Virus record (IMG/VR): IMGVR_UViG_3300010413_000010
Location: 1 to 64,000 of that record
Source: a virus
Direction: 5' to 3' (one strand)
DNA length: 64,000 bases
Shown: in pieces, positions 63,019 to 64,000 of the stretch
Numbering within the stretch: the stretch's first letter is position 1
Layout of the letters: each line of letters opens with the position of its first letter
Made by a program: the position numbers and the translations under genes
The notes under the pieces: generated by a model
Seen by the model: only the letters and a program-made list of their open reading frames with translations
Told to the model about the DNA's origin: nothing
Database searches by the model: none

Positions 63019-63518
63019 GGCAAACCTCGTCGATAATCTTCTATATAAAGGAGCGGATTTACTCTTTCTCCATTTATGAAGATTTCCAGGTGGAGATGTT
63101 CCCCGTCAGACTGACCGGTGTTTCCGATCCTGCCGATGACATCCCCTGCTTTTACAATTGTTCCTTCCCTGATATATGATTCTGAAAGATGAGCGTAGAG
63201 TGACTCGACACCGTTTTCGTGCCGGATGATGATTGCTCCTCCGTAAATAGGGTGTCCCTTGTAGTAATCGTCAGGTGGGGGCCATGAGTCTGTAACGACT
63301 CCATCGGCAACCGCTACAACCTGCGCTTTCCACACGGATGCAATATCTACTCCAGAGTGGCAGTGGATCGTTTCTGTCAGAGGACTAACTCTGACCCCAA
63401 AAGGGGAGGTGTATCTGCAATCCTCTTCAGCTATTGGGAATTTCAGTAAGATATGCTGCGCTGTTAAGTTCCACATACTGAGTACAAACAGCACACCTAT
63501 GATTTTCTTTCGAGTCAC
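63015..63518 (-). CDS. secreted M23 family peptidoglycan peptidase
   Basis: Signal peptide; TSPFG.R, HSGVDI, YAHLS, GNTG.S.GEHLHLEI. Confidence 0.9.
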   Translation of the reverse strand: MTRKKIIGVLFVLSMWNLTAQHILLKFPIAEEDCRYTSPFGVRVSPLTETIHCHSGVDIASVWKAQVVAVADGVVTDSWPPPDDYYKGHPIYGGAIIIRHENGVESLYAHLSESYIREGTIVKAGDVIGRIGNTGQSDGEHLHLEIFINGERVNPLLYIEDYRRGLP

Positions 63519-63529
63519 TCTCGCTCTCC

Positions 63530-63982
63530 TTAATTCTTAAAAAAGTAGGAAAAGAACCGTTTAAGATCGAGGATGGCGATAGGATTCATGCCGTTACGCT
63601 TATGAACAACAAGCCAGTCCCTCCCCCCCTCTGTGTTAGCTTTGGCCTGTTCTATAGTAGATTTCAGGTTAAAGCTCTCAACGTTCTTACATTCGATATC
63701 GAAAGGGATTTCATCCCGAGCCGGTCCTATGAGCAGAACATCTGTCCCGGAACCACCCATCATTCGGGGCTGTATCATTTCACTGTCGTAACCCCAAGCG
63801 TAGCCGGTATGGTGGCTCAAGATTTCGCAGACATCTTGTTGCAGTTTCCTACCTTTCGATTTTCTTGCTGATACCGAGATTGGTTTCAGCTCTTTGTTAA
63901 TCTTCTTAACCAGCCGTTGGGCCTCTTTGTCATCGAGAGGCTCCAACAAGCTGACAAGACTTTTTAGGTCTTTTCTATTCAC
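63530..63982 (-). CDS. Holliday junction resolvase-like PD-(D/E)xK nuclease
   Basis: KSKGR.LQ, G.DV, IECKN.E, EQAKAN, LVVHKRN. Confidence 0.85.
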   Translation of the reverse strand: MNRKDLKSLVSLLEPLDDKEAQRLVKKINKELKPISVSARKSKGRKLQQDVCEILSHHTGYAWGYDSEMIQPRMMGGSGTDVLLIGPARDEIPFDIECKNVESFNLKSTIEQAKANTEGGRDWLVVHKRNGMNPIAILDLKRFFSYFFKN

Positions 63983-64000
63983 TGTATTCCTCGAAGTCGA

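Noticed and set aside
1-64000. tRNA genes, integrase/att sites, invertible shufflon
   Set aside because: No cloverleaf or T-loop signatures found by eye in intergenic gaps; no recombinase; no inverted crossover repeats around tail genes
1-64000. Firm host assignment (a spirochaete-like anaerobic diderm was considered)
   Set aside because: Only indirect hints (lipoproteins, class II RNR, radical SAM, unusual lysis genes); needs CRISPR-spacer or homology evidence

Overview
A 64-kb piece of a tailed dsDNA phage genome with a long non-contractile tail and the standard genetic code; the window seems not to cover the whole genome. All calls come from reading sequence motifs, with no database searches. 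There are three blocks. (1) About 0.3-14 kb: a mixed-strand early/accessory region of small genes, including two macrodomain ADP-ribose hydrolases, an HNH endonuclease, a SAM-methyltransferase-like gene, a TOPRIM-like gene, paired STAS-like genes and a MazE/MazF-like fusion. At least ten of these transcription units appear leaderless. (2) About 14.2-44.4 kb, + strand: a morphogenesis and lysis operon (TerS, TerL, portal, minor head, scaffold, epsilon15/BPP-1-type capsid and cement, neck, tail tube, frameshifted tail chaperones, tape measure, tail tip, multi-LamG adhesin, holin, an embedded spanin-like gene pair, amidase). (3) About 44.5-64 kb, mostly - strand: nucleotide metabolism and recombination (class II RNR split by a group I intron carrying a LAGLIDADG gene, thioredoxin, radical SAM, ThyX, ParB-like, split SbcC plus SbcD, M23 peptidase, resolvase), with a HigBA toxin-antitoxin cassette on the + strand. 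No integrase, reverse transcriptase, tRNA or CRISPR array was seen. The most notable signals are the leaderless early regulon, a promoter-terminator sRNA next to a MazE fused to an apparently inactive MazF, a lipoprotein-free embedded lysis gene pair, and a 14-mer shared by two structured leaders.
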